NCBI GenBank assembly: GCA_016748015.1
Contig: JAAOMT010000586.1
Location: 124,001-188,000, forward strand
Source of the DNA: Geosiphon pyriformis uo1
Lineage: Eukaryota > Fungi > Glomeromycota
DNA: 64,000 bases
Reading direction: 5' to 3'
Of this stretch, positions 22,148 through 36,566 are shown in pieces (the first letter of the stretch is position 1; every line of letters starts with the position of its first letter). Made by a program: the position numbers and the translations under genes. The notes beneath the pieces were generated by a model, which worked only from the letters and a program-made list of their open reading frames with translations, was not told where the DNA came from and did not search any database.

Positions 22148-25100
22148 TAATTTTCTACTCAAAACTGAACTCTATTGAAATCCAATTACTATCTGTAATA
22201 TTAAGAAAGTAATCCAAAATAATTGTAGTAATTTGGTCTGAAAATTGTTAAAATTTTAGTTTTGTAAATTTGCCAATATATTGAATCTTCATTGATTAGA
22301 GTATTGAATTTTATAGGATGTTTTCACAAGTGTTAAACAAATCATAGAGTCTAAAAGCTGCTTTTAATTTGTAACAAGTGTTTGTTAATTCAGCTGCTGT
22401 TTTAAATTCATTGTGAATTTGTTTTTGTATAGCTTCACAAATGAGATTTGTTGCTTTAAGTTCCAGTTTTTGTTTATAAAGTATTTTTCCAATATGAAAA
22501 TATTTATAGATAAGAATATGTTCATTGTTCTGTTTATTGAGAAATAGTAAAAGTTTTTGTTAAGTTGTAACATTTGGTAAAATATTGATAGGAGCAATTA
22601 AAAGGTTTTCTTTTAAGATTTGCTTTAAAAGTTCTGATAATTAATTTTCAGAATAATTTCTTGTTTTTTTTTATAGAAATGATAATTTTGCGAATTAAGT
22701 ACTATTAGTATTGTAGTTTTTTTTTAAATATAACTAATTTGACTTCTATTAATTATTATGGATAAGTTAGAAAGTATTCTCAATGTTAACATTAATTTTT
22801 AAAATATTTGCTAAATGTTTTGAGAAATAATTATGATAAAAAGTAACAAACTAAAAATAAAAATTTAAAAAAAATAAAGAAATTATTTTTGAATATAGCA
22901 GTTTTATATGTTTTTGGATTTGGGTATTTTTTGTAATTATTTACTATTTTTGTTTTATGTTTGTGTATTACTAAAAAAAGTTATAATGTTAAATTAAGTG
23001 TTTTAAGTTTAATTATTATTTTATTACAACTATTGGTTTTAAGTTTCAAAAAATATCTTCAGGATTAATTAAAAAAGATTATATACCAATTTGTGAAATT
23101 AATAGTTCAAGATTTGTTCTAAAGTAATAGTGTTTTAATTGATTTCTATGTATAATTTTTGCTAGAACTTTGGTATTAAGTCTTTACTTGTATAATCTAT
23201 TGCTTAAAACTTTATGAATATGGAATGATCTATCTTATTTATGTTCAAATTTCTTACTTTATTGTTTTTCAGTCTTAATTCTGTGTAAAAGAACTTTATT
23301 TCCAATTTTAAATTCATTGAAGACTGGTAGCAGTTTATTATTATAACATTTTTTTGTTAAGCTTAAAAGTATTTAATATGGATGGTTGCAATTTGTTGTT
23401 TTCCTTCCAATATACTGAGAAGAATATAAACTCTTTGTTAAAGTGTTTTTTGAAAGTTTTTTTCATTAATTGGTTGCACAGAGTATGTTTCCACAGTAAA
23501 ATTAATTAGTAATATTGCTGTTTTTCTATAGATTTAATTAAAAGATATGTGTTTTGTGGTATTTTATTTTAATGTTCTGTATACTAGTAATATTAATAGA
23601 ATAAAAATATTCTATTCTTGCTCAAAATTAGTTGAGACTTTGGCTAATAATTCACACAATGTTTTGTTAAAACATTCTACTAATCTATTTGTTTATAGAT
23701 AATATAGTAATGATAAAAATTATTTAACATTGAACTGTTTACAAATTTTTTGTATTAAGTTGTTTACAAAGTGTATTTTTTGATCAAATAAGAATTCAAT
23801 TAGGTATCTATGTCTACAAATGATGTTTTTTATAGATAAAATTTGCTACTAATTTTGCATCTGCTTTTTAAATGGCTTTGACTTTGGACTATTTGATAAA
23901 ATAGTCTACAGCAACTACAATGTAATAATTTTCTTGAGTAGTAATAAATAATAGTCCAACTAAATTGATTTCTATTTTGTCAAAAGGTTGTCCAACTTTG
24001 ATTGAATTTAAAAGTTCAGTAAATCAAATTCCTTTTTTTTTTGACAACTATCATATGATTCTATATACTGTCAAATGTCTTAATACATATAAGACCAAAA
24101 ATAATGTTTTAATGTTTGCTGTATTGTGCTGTTTTTTTTCAGATATGCTAATGAAAAGTCTGTGTACATGTTATATAAGATTGTTTTTTTTTTGTTAGAC
24201 TAATCTGAATAGATTTGTTAAATTTTGGCAGTTTTGATAATAAATTTTGTTATGATGCAGAAAATATTGTTTAAATTGGTATTGTAATCAGTGTTTTTTA
24301 GCTGGAAATCAGTTTTCTGGTATTTGGGAAGTCTCTAGATAATTTTTAATATTGTTGTAGTTTTTGGGGTGCATTGTTTGTTAATTTATTATTTGTTGTT
24401 GAGCTGTATATTATAATAAAATTGTGTTGGTATTAATTTTGTTTTATCCTTGAAAAGCTGTCAATGTTTGTGTAATTTACTTGGTTTATAGTAAACAATA
24501 AATTTGTAATCAGTAAAAAATCAGTTCATTAGAATTGTTTGGTACTAAGTTTAGAACTCTTTTTGTTGAGCCATTTAAAGCCAAGATTATCAGTTATAAT
24601 GTTAAAAATTCAAAACTGTTTTGGAGATATTGTTAAAAGTATTTGAGAGCTTAGATAATGACTGTTGCTTTTAATTCTGTTGAATCATACTTAAGTTTTG
24701 TTGGTTTGAATGTTCTACTAACATAAGCAATTACTTGCTTATTGCCATTGTTATAAAATAGCACTAAAAATTATGTATAAAGCATTGGTGGCTAACTGAA
24801 ACTTTTTATTGAAATCTAAATATGTGAGAATTAGGACTGTAATAAGTTTTTTTTTAAGAATGTTAAATGCTTGTTGTTAAGCTTGTGTTCATTGATATTT
24901 CACATTTTTGTTGGTTAAATAGTTAAGTGGTTTGGCAATTTTGGAGAATTTTTTGATAAATTTTTGGTAATAAGAAACTAATTCTACAAATCTTCTTAGT
25001 TCTGTTGTGTTTTGGGGAATTTTGAAATTTTTAACAGCACTAATTGTTTCTGGATAGGATTAAACTCTATTTTTGCTAACAATATGTTCAAGAAAGATTA

Positions 25101-25559
25101 AACTTGTTTTTTCAAAGTGACATTTTTCAATGTTTAACTTTAATCCTGTTTTTTGTAATTATTAAAAAACTTTTTGTAGGTAGATTAAATAGGCTTTGAA
25201 ACTTAGAAAGTATATATTAGTGTTATCTAAGTAAATAATTACTAATTGCTATAAAAGTTTTTTGTATACAATATCTATAAGTTGCTAAAATATTGCTGGT
25301 GTATTACAAAGTCCAAAAGGCATAACATTGAATTTGTAAATTTTTTTTGTGTAGTAAATGCTATTTTTAGTCAATTTTTAAAGTTTATTTTAACTTGCCA
25401 ATATCTGCTTTTCAAGTCTAAAATTGAAAAAAACTTGGCTTTTTTCAGAGCATCTAGTATATTGTTAATTCTTGGTAAAAGGTATATATCTCCAATTGTG
25501 ACACTATTTAATTGTCAATAGTCTATATAAAATCTAATTTTGCCATTTTTTTTTTATGA
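21154..25559 (-). mobile_element. Element C: heavily decayed Gypsy element (LTR family D); 3' part only, interrupted in RT by element E
   Basis: LTR 21154-22147 homologous to 60982-61958; PPT-like tract; ORF3 remnant ~22150-22830; integrase 24374 to ~23000; RH/RT 24433-25559. Confidence 0.85.
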
Positions 25560-26554
25560 TATTACTCATAAAATGTAGGAATTATATATTAATATACAAA
25601 TTAACCAATCAAAATAAGATGCAGTAAAAGTGAAATTTCAGAATTCCTCTTAGAAAAATTACAGAATTCCAAGAATTCCAGAATTCTTGACTAAAAAATT
25701 AAAGAATTTAAGAAATCTTATATAACAAAATTTATATATATATAGTGGTAGTAATAGAAGCAGAAAAAACAAAATCTTTTGAGTAAAAATTTTTAGTTTA
25801 GAATTCAGTTTCAATTTCCCATTTATCTCTTTATGTGATAGTATTCTATGACTTAAAGTGAAAGCATTAAATATAAATAAAATACTTATTAACACATTAC
25901 AATCTATCTTTTCACTATTAACAACTTATGTTAATAGTTACTAATACTTAACTACACTGAACCAATAGCTCTTGATTACACCTATTAATAGAATACTAAC
26001 TTTTTTTTTTGTCTTAACTTATTTCTTTCTTTTCTTTTCTTTTCTTTCTTTTTTTTGTTTTGTTTTGTTTATTATTTACTAATTGATTAAAAATTAAAAG
26101 TGTGGAGTTATCAACATCAAAGAAACTGATAAAAAACCCAAAAATAAGAATAGAACACTTATTATTAAGAATAACTTACCAGAAGAATTACCAGTTATCA
26201 TGCTGAAAAAAAATTTGACAGAATTGCAATTCTAAGAAGCTATAAGGAAAACAACACTTAAATTTCTGTTTATTATACAAAGAACTTCAACAAAAGAAAC
26301 TTTCAGATCACAAAAACTTTTAGATACCAACACTATTGTACTAATTGAATATCAAGTTATGAATTTGTTATTGTTTTCAGACCCTAAATAATTATCTGTA
26401 ATATTTGGTGCTTTCTATAAGGTATAATCCTACAGAGAACTAGTACCAACAACAATTATTCAAAAGTGGCAGAATTAGAAAGAAGAAAAACAAATCATCT
26501 AAGATTTACCAAATCCTTATTTCAATACTACTATTAACACTTGAAATTAACCAG

Positions 26555-27525
26555 TATTATGAAGCAACTAGATAGAGTATGGTAATAATGTTTGGTACTC
26601 TAGTTTTGGATTATCTTTCAAAATTGTCTGTTTTTTCTGCTGTGTCAGTGTTATTAGTCTCTGAAAGTCTATTCCTGGCTGTGAATTTACCCATTGAGTT
26701 CTTTGGTTATAAGGCACAGAGTTTGTCTTTCGTCAATTACAACATTTTTCGTAAATGTAAGCTTTCTTCTTCATATTAACAAGTGCAGTTATTAGGATCT
26801 AACATTGTCTTTTCACCCTTCTGGTAAGCTACCAAGGTAATGTTAATATCTAGAACTTAAGAGAAGCTTCCCTCTTTTACCAGGCTATCACAAAATCTAT
26901 TCCAAGACAGTCAATTTTCTTATGTTGCCGCTCCAAAAAAAAAAAAAAAGAATTAGTTTTCATTAATTACCATGATCAAGAGTGATTGGTCCTAATTGTT
27001 TTTAAGGGTTTGAGGCATTTATGTCAATGACATCTGTCCCAGAACAAAAGTAGGAAATACTGATTTCAATTTCAGTTAAAATTTGTAAGATTAGAGAACA
27101 TAAATTGGTGAATTGGATTTGGTTTTGATAATTTATTGTATTTCAGACTATGGATATATGATAAGTATACTACAAAATAAAATTGATTCTTTACTAACTG
27201 TTTTTTTATCTATTACAATTACTTGCTTTTATACTTTCTTTTGGTTTTATAGGATTGCTTCTGATTGTTTTGTTATTGCTAACTATTGCTTTGTTATTTC
27301 TGTTATTGCTTTTCTCTTCTATGTTATTACTAGTTATTTTACATTATAACACATTATCTGGTATTATTACATGTTATTTTGTGTTATTTTGCATTATAAC
27401 ACATTATCCTGCACTATTCTAAGTTATAATATGTTATCCAACATTATTGCACACTATTTTGTACTATGTTATATTCTGGTCATATTACTTCCTAACTTCA
27501 GATTGGTTTTTTTACTCAGGTAACA
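26555..27525 (-). repeat. 3' LTR of element F
   Basis: Direct repeat of 36567-37550; contains degenerate TATAACA-type tandem repeats at ~27340-27480. Confidence 0.93.
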
Positions 27526-27539
27526 TTATCCCTCTCTTT

Positions 27540-28330
27540 TTAGAATTGAGCTCCTGTGAAATCATATGTATCTGTTCCTATGTCTTTGTTCATATAATGT
27601 TCAATAATTGCATCGAGTATTGTTTATCATAAGTTTTTGAACTGTTGATTGGTAATTTATTCTATATTGTTAACTGTTATCATTTTTATAGATTCATACA
27701 ATAGTACATTTGGACAATGTTAGAAAGTGGCATATAGTCAGTATGTTGCTTTGTAATATAGGGTCAGATTGATTCTTCCTATGAATTATTCTACTTGTTG
27801 CATTGCTTTTTTGTTAAAAGTTTTTTGGCTGAAGTCTCTATATGGCATCTTTAAGTCTAATTGTTCATTTACTTTGTAGAACCAATAAGCTGGAGGAAGT
27901 TTTTCTTTCCATTCCTTTGCATTGTCTAGTGTCTATTCCTCTGTTTCAGGGAAATTGATCTTATAAGTTAAAGCTTCTTTGATTTCTTCTAGCTTGGGGA
28001 CCAAGTATCTTCTTTTATAAACTTTTTCTCATTCCTCCATGCTTTCTTCAAGCCCTGCCCGAAATGATTTAATTCTTTTCTGTAAAATTCCTTTCTTGGA
28101 TGAAGTGTAGGAATGGGAACAGTTAGTTCTAATTAAACTTGTGCCCATCTTTTTCTTGTTCCTATCTTTATAGCATATTTCTTTTCTATTGATTATCACT
28201 TCTATTTGAGCAAAAGATTGTTGAATTGTGTTAAATAGTTGTTTCGAAAGTTGTAGAATTTGATCTGACAAGTCTATGTTGAAAGTTCTATCATTTTTTG
28301 CTGTTTTTTAAATACTATATATATTTGAAT
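27540..28330 (-). pseudogene. Element F ORF3
   Basis: LSDQILQLSKQLF...IEVIINRKEICY...; ends YDFTGAQF* at the PPT. Confidence 0.75.
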
Positions 28331-28357
28331 TCCCTAATTTAATTTGTTGCACATTGT

Positions 28358-29721
28358 CTATGTTTTGATGACAATGATTGGTTTCAAATTTCGTGGTATA
28401 TTTTCTGGTCTGATTAATGAAATTTGTGTTTCTAGCTGAAGTATTAATGATGATGATTCCTGTTTTGTATGATAAATTTTTAACCAATTTCTATGCACTA
28501 CTTTTTTTAAAATCCTGTTTTCTAATTGTAATTTGTAAGCACCATTTCCTAAAGCTTTGTGTATGTGGAATAGACCATTCTATTTTGGATCAAATTTTCT
28601 ACTCCACTGTTTCTCAGCTTTTGTACGATGTAATAGTATTTAGTCTCCAATTTTGAATTCTATTGGTTGTTCTAATAAGTGGTTATTATGTTTTTTTTTT
28701 GTTCTTAAGTGTTACTAATATTGTCAGCTGCTATTTTATGATTGTTTTCCAATGTTTCCATTAGCTGGTACGTTCTTTGGCATAAGGTATCTTCAAAATT
28801 TTCTTTATTGATAGTTTTTGTTAAGTAGGATATTATTTCTTGTTCAATAGATAATGTTGTTTTTCTTCCATAGACTAATTTGAATGATATAAACTGTATC
28901 ATATTTTGCTTTAATGTTTGATATGCAAAGAGTATTGAAGGTATGAATAAGTCCCATTCTTGTTCATTTTCATAACTTATTTTTGCTAATGCTTCACATA
29001 ATGTCCTGTTAAACCATTCCACCAGTCCATTTGTCTGTGGATAATATGGTGACAATAGAAGTTGTTTTATACCAAAATGTTGACTCAATTCAGTTAACAT
29101 AGTATTGACAAAATGTGTTCCTTGGTCCAATAACAGTTCTTTTGGGCATCCATGTCTGCATATTAGATTTTGGTGTATGAATTCAGCTACTGTTTTGGCA
29201 TTAGCTACTTGGATTGCTCTGGCTTCTGGCCATTTTGTAAGGTAGTTTATAGCCACAGCAATATAACAATTTTCTTTAAATGTAATTGAAAGAGGACTAA
29301 CCAAATTGATCCCAATTCTACAAAATAAATTTCCAACTGGAATGGGTCAAAGTGGTTCCGTTATCCTGGCTCCTTCTCTTCACTGGCATAAGTTACAATT
29401 GAGAACATATTTGAAGATATCCTTATATATCATAGGCCAATAGTATAGATTTGTTGTTCTTTCCAGAGTCACATTTTTGTTGAAGTGTCTTGCAGTTGGG
29501 TTGGAATGCATACTATATAATATAGCTTCTTTTTCACTGTCCTTAATCAATTGTTGTGGGATAATGTGGTTTCATCATTTTCAACAATAGAGTTGGTCAT
29601 TTTGAATAAAGTAATTTTGTGCTTGTTTCTATATGGTATTTTGTTCCTGTTGAGATAATATCTCCTTGAAATATAGTATTGATAAGTATTAATGTAATTA
29701 CTGATATGTAAATGTGTCCAT
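28358..29721 (-). pseudogene. int: Element F ORF2 integrase
   Basis: ATG 29721 lies 10 nt after the RH stop; 28705..29304 carries the DDE core (LDQG, EWFN). Confidence 0.87.
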
Positions 29722-29731
29722 GGATCTGAAA

Positions 29732-32700
29732 TTAGGTTTGTGGTATCCTTGACAAGCTGTTGACATTGGTGTTTTTGGATCCTTCCTTGTAATAAACTTT
29801 GAGTGAGAATTGTTGCAGATAAGTACTTCATCTCACATATTTTTCTTCTAGCTGTAAGTTATTGAGTAACCAGATGAGTTCCTTATAATCAGTATATAGG
29901 TCAAATAGTTGTCTAAGGTAGTGTTTCTTTGTTTGTACAGCCTAATAAATGGCAAGACATTCCAAATCCATTGTGCTATATATTTTTTTTGCTGGACTGG
30001 TACTACAACTAATATAGGCGATTGGATGTTCTCTTTTGTCTAGTCTTATTTGTAATAATACAGCTTCTAGTGCATTTTTTGATGCATTTGTAGTAACAAT
30101 GAATCATTTGGTAAAGTCGGGATAGATCAGTATTGGAGATGTGATTAATTGCTGTTTAAGATAGTCAAAGACTTTTTGTTGCTTTTTTTTCTACAGATAT
30201 GGCACATATTTTGACAACAAGTGATGAAAAGGTTTTGTAATAGTTGAGAATTCTTTGACAAATTGGTGGTAGTATCCAGCCAGTCTTAAAAATCTTTGTA
30301 GCTCTTGTAGATTGATTGGGGCTAAAAAATTCTTGACTTTTTGGATTTTGTCTGGATCAGGTTTTATTCCGTTCTTGCCAATCACATGTCTTAAGAATTT
30401 CAGTTTGGTTTTTCCGAAGAAGCATTTATCAGGGTTGAGTTTCAATCTGGCACCTTAAAGGCATTTGAAGACTTGTTGTAGGTGAAGCAAATGTTTGTCA
30501 AATATTTCCAAGAAGACATTGGTGTTGTCTAAGTATACTACAACTGATTTCCACAAAATTCCTTTATACATGATATTCATAAGATGTTAGAATATAGCGG
30601 AAGCATTGCACAGTCTGAAAAGCATCATGTTAAATTCAAAATTTTCATCTCGGGTGGTGAATGCCATTTTCTCTTTGTCTTTTGGATCCATTTTGACTTG
30701 CCAATATCTACTGGCTAGATCTAATGACAAGAATCATTTCTTTTTTCCTAAGTTGTCTAGGATTTCTTGGATAAGAGGAGTGGAATAGCTATCTCTTCAG
30801 GTAATGCTATTTAATTTTTGATAATCCATGCAGAATCATATCTTTCCATTTTTTTTGGTGACTAAGACCACTGAAGAGGACCAAGAGCTTAATAATTCTT
30901 TAATTAGTCTATTGTTAAGCATTCATTCTACTTCTTGCTTAATCAGATTATTGTCAGATGGAGGTATTTGGTAAGCTCACTGCTTAATGGGTTGAGCATC
31001 TCCAGTGTCAATCTGGTGTTTTATGATGTCAGTGTGTCTGAACTTATTTTTATTGACAAAGACATTGGCATATTGGTTCAATAGAATCTTAAGTTGCATT
31101 TGCTATAAAGTGCTTAGGTTTTCCAAATTGAGTTTATTAATTTTTTTTGACATGAACAAGTAACTTTCCTTTGGCAGGTTCCATACTTGTGAGGTAATAT
31201 CACAGAACAAGAACAATTGAATAAAATCTGAAATAAGCTGGAGTTTTTTTGGATTCTGAATATTTGAAAATATGGAACCAATAAGAATTCTTTCAGGAAT
31301 TTCAATAATGTTTTTGGTCAGATTGTGGATGGGAATTTTGAAGTGTTTATGAGCTTTGGCTGGTAAGTACAGGTTAACAACATCAGCTAGTAAGCAGATT
31401 TTGAGATTGGCCTCGAAAACTAGTGCTTGGTTTTGAATCTTTTGGTTGACTTTGAGAATATACTGCCAATAAGAAGGGATGGAAATGATGGTGTTGGTGT
31501 AGATAAGTTCTACCTGGTCACTATCTTCTACCATAAAATTGACCATTATGTTGTCTCTTCTACTTGAGCCAAACCCCTTGATTTTTTGAGCAGTAAGGCC
31601 TAATTCTTCTTGGGTGGTAACTGGGACTAGTTGGGGTATTTTGATTAAAGGTAGAAAAATGGCTTGGGCAATTTTTTTGTGAGATTTGATCTTGTAGAGT
31701 TTGTCTGAATTGTTCTGTAGTATCACAATATTACTCATAGAATATAGGAAGTATATTAGCATATAAATTAGCCAATTAGAAGTAGACATAGTAAATGTGA
31801 AATTCCAGGATTCCTCTCAAAGAAATTGCAGGATTCCAGGAATTTCAGGATTCTTGTATGAGGAATTGCAGAATTCCAGGAATTCCAGAATTCCAGGAAT
31901 TCCAGAATTCCTGACATAAAGAATTGAGGAATTGAGGAATCTCAAATACATATATATAGCAGTAGTATCAGAAGTTAGAAAATTAGTCAACGAGACTCAG
32001 AGTTAATTGATTTGCAGAGTTAATTAGATTCATAGAATCAATTAGACTTGCAAATTATAATTATTAAAAATACAAAAAAAAAAAACAAACTCTTTTAGTT
32101 TAGACCTCTCAGTTTAAATTTAATCTAAGCAACATTCCAGTTCTCAATCATCAAATAAATAATTATTTCATATCTCAACCCACTCTTCACTATCAACACT
32201 TCATGTTGATAGTAATTGATACTTAACCACACTGGAACAATAGCTCTTGATCACAGCTATTGATGAGATACTAACATACCAAATTGCCTTGGCTTATTTT
32301 TTCTATTTTCTTTATTTTTATTTTCTTTATTTTATTTTCTTTCTTTCTTTGATTTTGTTGTTGTATATTAATTGATTAAAAAATTAAGTACTGAGTTATT
32401 GATGTCAAGGATAGCCTGGTAAAAGACCTAAAAATAAGGGTAGGATTTTATATATTATCAGATAGCTTACCAGAAAGGCACGACTGCCAGACTAAATCCG
32501 GCCACCACACTAAGAAAGAAATTGGGAAAACTCTTGGAAAGATACATCTACTATCAACACTATTAAATCTCTGTTCATTATACAAAGAACTCCATCAAAA
32601 CCTTCAGATACAACCCTTATAAAACATCATCAATAGAAGTAGCTTTTGAGCACCAAGTTACAGATTTGTTATTCAATTCAACAGCAGAAATAATCACCTG

Positions 32701-35700
32701 TAACAACAATAATGTTTCCCATATATCTAGCATCGATAATTTCTCTTTTTATGTTAATTTTTTTCTTTACAAGGCTTAATCTAGATGCTACTTGTACCAT
32801 GGTACTAACAGGAATTTCTAGCATTATTTTGAGATCTATTTTTACCAGGGAATGTGGGGCTATAACTATGAATGATTGTTCAGGGTATTTTAAGTCAAAA
32901 CCTGCATCGGTCTTGTGTGTTTTTTCTGGGCATATTCCTTTGTCATTGTCACTATACCACTTTAATTCTAATTCTTTGGAGAGATTGGGATACACAAGAT
33001 ATTGTTCTATTTTAGTAGTCTGATTTAGTTCTTAAAATAATATGTCTTTTGCAAGTAATTCCTCTTTTTCCTCAGGCTTAAGTAATTTGGTGATTGGGTA
33101 TAGGATTCTGGGAGGCGGGTTAAACATGAGATTACATTCATTGCAGTATTGAAAGTGGCAAGGAATTAAGCAGTGATCACATAGTTTGGTATTTAGATCA
33201 ACTAGCTGCTGTTCTTGCTTTTCTTGGATCAGGACCAATTCTTGATATCAGTTCTGAAATGCATTGAAGTCATTTGTGAAGAAATCCTCCATGGGGTAGT
33301 TGGGTCCATTATATTTGGGTGTTCAAGGGTTGTCCTTGATTTTTCGTATTTCTTTGGGCATGGCACCTTCAACTTTGGCACTTGCCATTCTCCAAATTTT
33401 GTGATTATCATATGGATAGCTGTCCAGCTTATTGAGTGTTTGTTTCCAAGCATTCTCAATGGGGATTCTCTTTCATACTCAATCATTGATTAATATGGTG
33501 TATTGACAAGCCTTGTTACATGTTTTTTCTCTGCCAAGTACATTATTCCAGAGTCTTTTATCGGGCAGGATCTTGCCACATGCAAGACATGGCATGTTGT
33601 CTCACTTGCCTTGTTATTTCAGTCATCCAAATTTTTTTAGTAAACAAGGTCTGCAGTAGTATTTGGTGGTGGTGGACTATTTTTTATTATCTCCAATACA
33701 TGCACTCATTGTGGATAGCTTTTTTCCACAATTGACACATATTAGTTTTGGAGATTGGTAAAATAAATTTTTTTGATCCAAGATTACATATTCTAATGAT
33801 GACAATTGGAGTTTTTCTTTGGCTCTGTCTTTTCCTTTTTCTTTCCAGGTTGGTGGTAGAAATAGTTTAGTTCAATAATCGTCCACCCATGAAACCTAAT
33901 AGATTTTGATGGTTGGTGGTAGCAGTGTGTCTTCGAATTCAATTAAGAGTTCCTCAATAGGTTGGGTTTTGAAGTGTCTGCATATAGCTGGAACTCAGGC
34001 ATACTGTTTGTTAAATGTGAGTTGAAGTTCTTGGGTGTTCCAGTCAAGTATAGCATTGGCTTTTGACAACCAATCATTTTCTACCAGAGCTTGATATTGA
34101 GTAGCTTTCATAATGAGTATCTTGGTAGGGATCTGAATCCCATTAATCTCAAAGGAGAAGTTGTCAATTTCTTCTATTAGAGTTTTTGTGTTTTCATTTG
34201 CTGTAATAATCCAGATAATAGTAATATGGTCTACTTAGTGACCTAATTGATCCATGAGTTGCTTTATAATTATGCTACTGGCTGATCCACTATTCAGGAT
34301 TAATTTAATGCCTATTTTTTTGACTCTGGTATCAGTGTATAGAGCCATTATTGGTTTATCCTGATTGATGGCTGCTCCACTAAAAAAACTATGGGTGTTC
34401 AAATTATTGATGTCAAAAAAAAAGATGGTGGCTAGGATGGTGTCCTCGGTAATAATGGCTGGTGGGATGTTGCTTTTTATTTGCTTGGAAGGTTGGAAGA
34501 TTTGTTCTACATTCCTCTCTTCCATAGGTATAGATTTATCAAAATCCTGGTCTTCCATGAGACTGAAATAGGAAGCTTAATTCAGGTATCCAGTTGGTGC
34601 TGGTCAAAATTGGGCAGGACCACAAGAAATTGGTTGAAATGGTCTACTGTTGGGTTGTGTCTGATTGTTGTTGGGAGTCCTCCATCCTTGATTATAGTCT
34701 ATGGCTCGAGGTTTGGGCTGGCTGTAAGGAAGAATTTGATAGCAAGAGATTTTTTATGTCATTAGTGATAGTTGATAATAATTCCAGAGCAGTGGTTGAA
34801 TGTACGGGATTTGTTGTGTATACTGGGGTGATTGATTTTAAGGTATAGAATATTGAGATATTATGTTTTGCTAATATTTTGGTTGCTGGTATTGGTTTCC
34901 TTGAGTTTGGTCCATCATTTTTTTTCTGCAGTCATGGACAATGTGTTCAGATTTCTGGCAGTAGTAATAGTTGTGAGGATTGGATCTCCAAGGTTGTTGC
35001 TATTGTTGATGGTTCTGTTGTTGTGAGTATTTGCTGTTGTTGTTATTTTTTCTTTGTTGTGGCAGTTGGTAAGTTTCTGTGATTCTGGCTAAGAATCCCT
35101 CAATTTTCTGAGTTAATTTCTCACTTAATTGGGTTATCTTTGTGTCGATGTCAGAGGTTTTATTGATGGCTAAATTTACATCTTAGGTATGGTTTGTTTC
35201 TTGTTTTGTGGATTCAAAATCACAAGCAAAAGTGACTGCTTCTTGTAGGTTTGCTAGATGGCAAGGTTATATGGGTCTTAGGAGACTGCTCCTTAGTTTT
35301 TTAACAAATTGATTGAGAATTTGTGTGGTGGTATAATAATTCTGCTCAATGGCTAGGATTTGTCAAAGGACCTGATTGAATCTTCCAAGATAAGTAGTTA
35401 CTACTTCATGGTCATTTTATTTTATTATACTGAATTGATTTTGCAATCAGATGAGTGTATTAGGGTCACAGAAGTATTGCAAAAATATGAGTTTAAACTT
35501 TGTAAAGGAGGTAGGTTTCTCTGCAAGACTCTGATACCATGAATTGGTGGTTCTGGTCAGAAAAAATGACAGTGTCTGAATTGTGTGGTCATTGTCCCAA
35601 CTATTAGCAGTAATTGCTTTCTCAGCATCCGTGATCCAAGAATATGTGTTATCTTCTTTACCAGAGAATTTCTCCAATTTAGCAATATCCTGGTAAGCCA

Positions 35701-36505
35701 TGATTCAGTTAATGGGTGGGGTGTTACTGGTTACATTTAAGGAGATTGGTGTTTGTGTATTCGAGTGTTCTCTGAGTGCTAATGCTAGTTGCTTTCCTTT
35801 GTTATTTGAACCAATAAATTGTAAGATAGCTGTTCCTTCCATTAGGAGAAATGCTGATTCTGCTGGATTTTGTGCTGGTGGTTGTTCCCAAGTTGATGTG
35901 TTTCCTTCTGTTTGACTGGCTATTGGGATAAGATTTCCAAACAGTGATTTGTATTCTTTTAGTGATTTGGTTTAACTTTGTTGATCCCAAGGGTGTAAAT
36001 TTTTAGGAGTTCATGGTGTTTCTGACTGGGTTTCTGGGGATGGATTAAATACAATTCTATTTTGGAATGTCTGATAATATGATGAAGTTGTTGGGGAGAG
36101 GAACTTTGGTTTTTTGTTGACTGTGAACTTGTCTTAAGCAGTTGTAAGATTATTGAATCTATTCTCATATTCCTCTAAATTGGATTCTACTGGTTGTTGT
36201 ACTTGAGGGAATTATTTTATTATGTAGTGTTTAATGTCTGTATTGACTATGCATAGAGTTTCAGTAATTGCTCAAGTAGTAGTAGTTGTTAAGTATCCTA
36301 GTAAGCTTTGATAAATTTGTTTTTCAAGTCTTTCTATATCAATTGCGTGGCCTAACAAGCAGTTGATTTTTGCATTAATATAGTTGTAAAAATCATTTTC
36401 TGCAATGGTGGTTTCTGCTGGTATTCCTAGATCTTTTCAAAAGTATTGAAATAGTGCTTTTTCATATGAGAAGTGGTCCTTTCCTATTGTTCTAATAGTT
36501 ACCAC
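29732..36505 (-). pseudogene. gag-pol: Element F ORF1 gag-PR-Cys module-dUTPase-RT-RH (dUTPase split by a solo LTR)
   Basis: MAYQDIAKLEKF capsid start 35701; LILNSGS; DAGFDL (32678..32995) continued by KIAQ/GFGSS (31103..31728); RT fragments 30191-30900. Confidence 0.9.
31729..32705 (+). mobile_element. Solo LTR, family A, TSD ACAA
   Basis: TATTACTCATAG...CCTGTAACA; ACAA at 31725-31728 and 32706-32709; removal restores dUTPase GNIIVILQN. Confidence 0.95.
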
Positions 36506-36566
36506 TTTTGTGTATCTCTGGGGTGCTCTGTCTCTGTGGATTTATAACTTCACAAAGAGCACCAAA

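Noticed and set aside
26579-27632. Hydrophobic small ORFs in family F LTRs (also 36591-37520) and similar antisense ORFs throughout
   Set aside because: Translation of T-rich antisense or LTR sequence; they recur only because LTRs are duplicated.
31103-31789. 228 aa ORF as an intact gene
   Set aside because: Chimera of solo-LTR sequence and the C-terminal half of the element F dUTPase region; 481..828 and 50440..51246 similarly cross insertion junctions.
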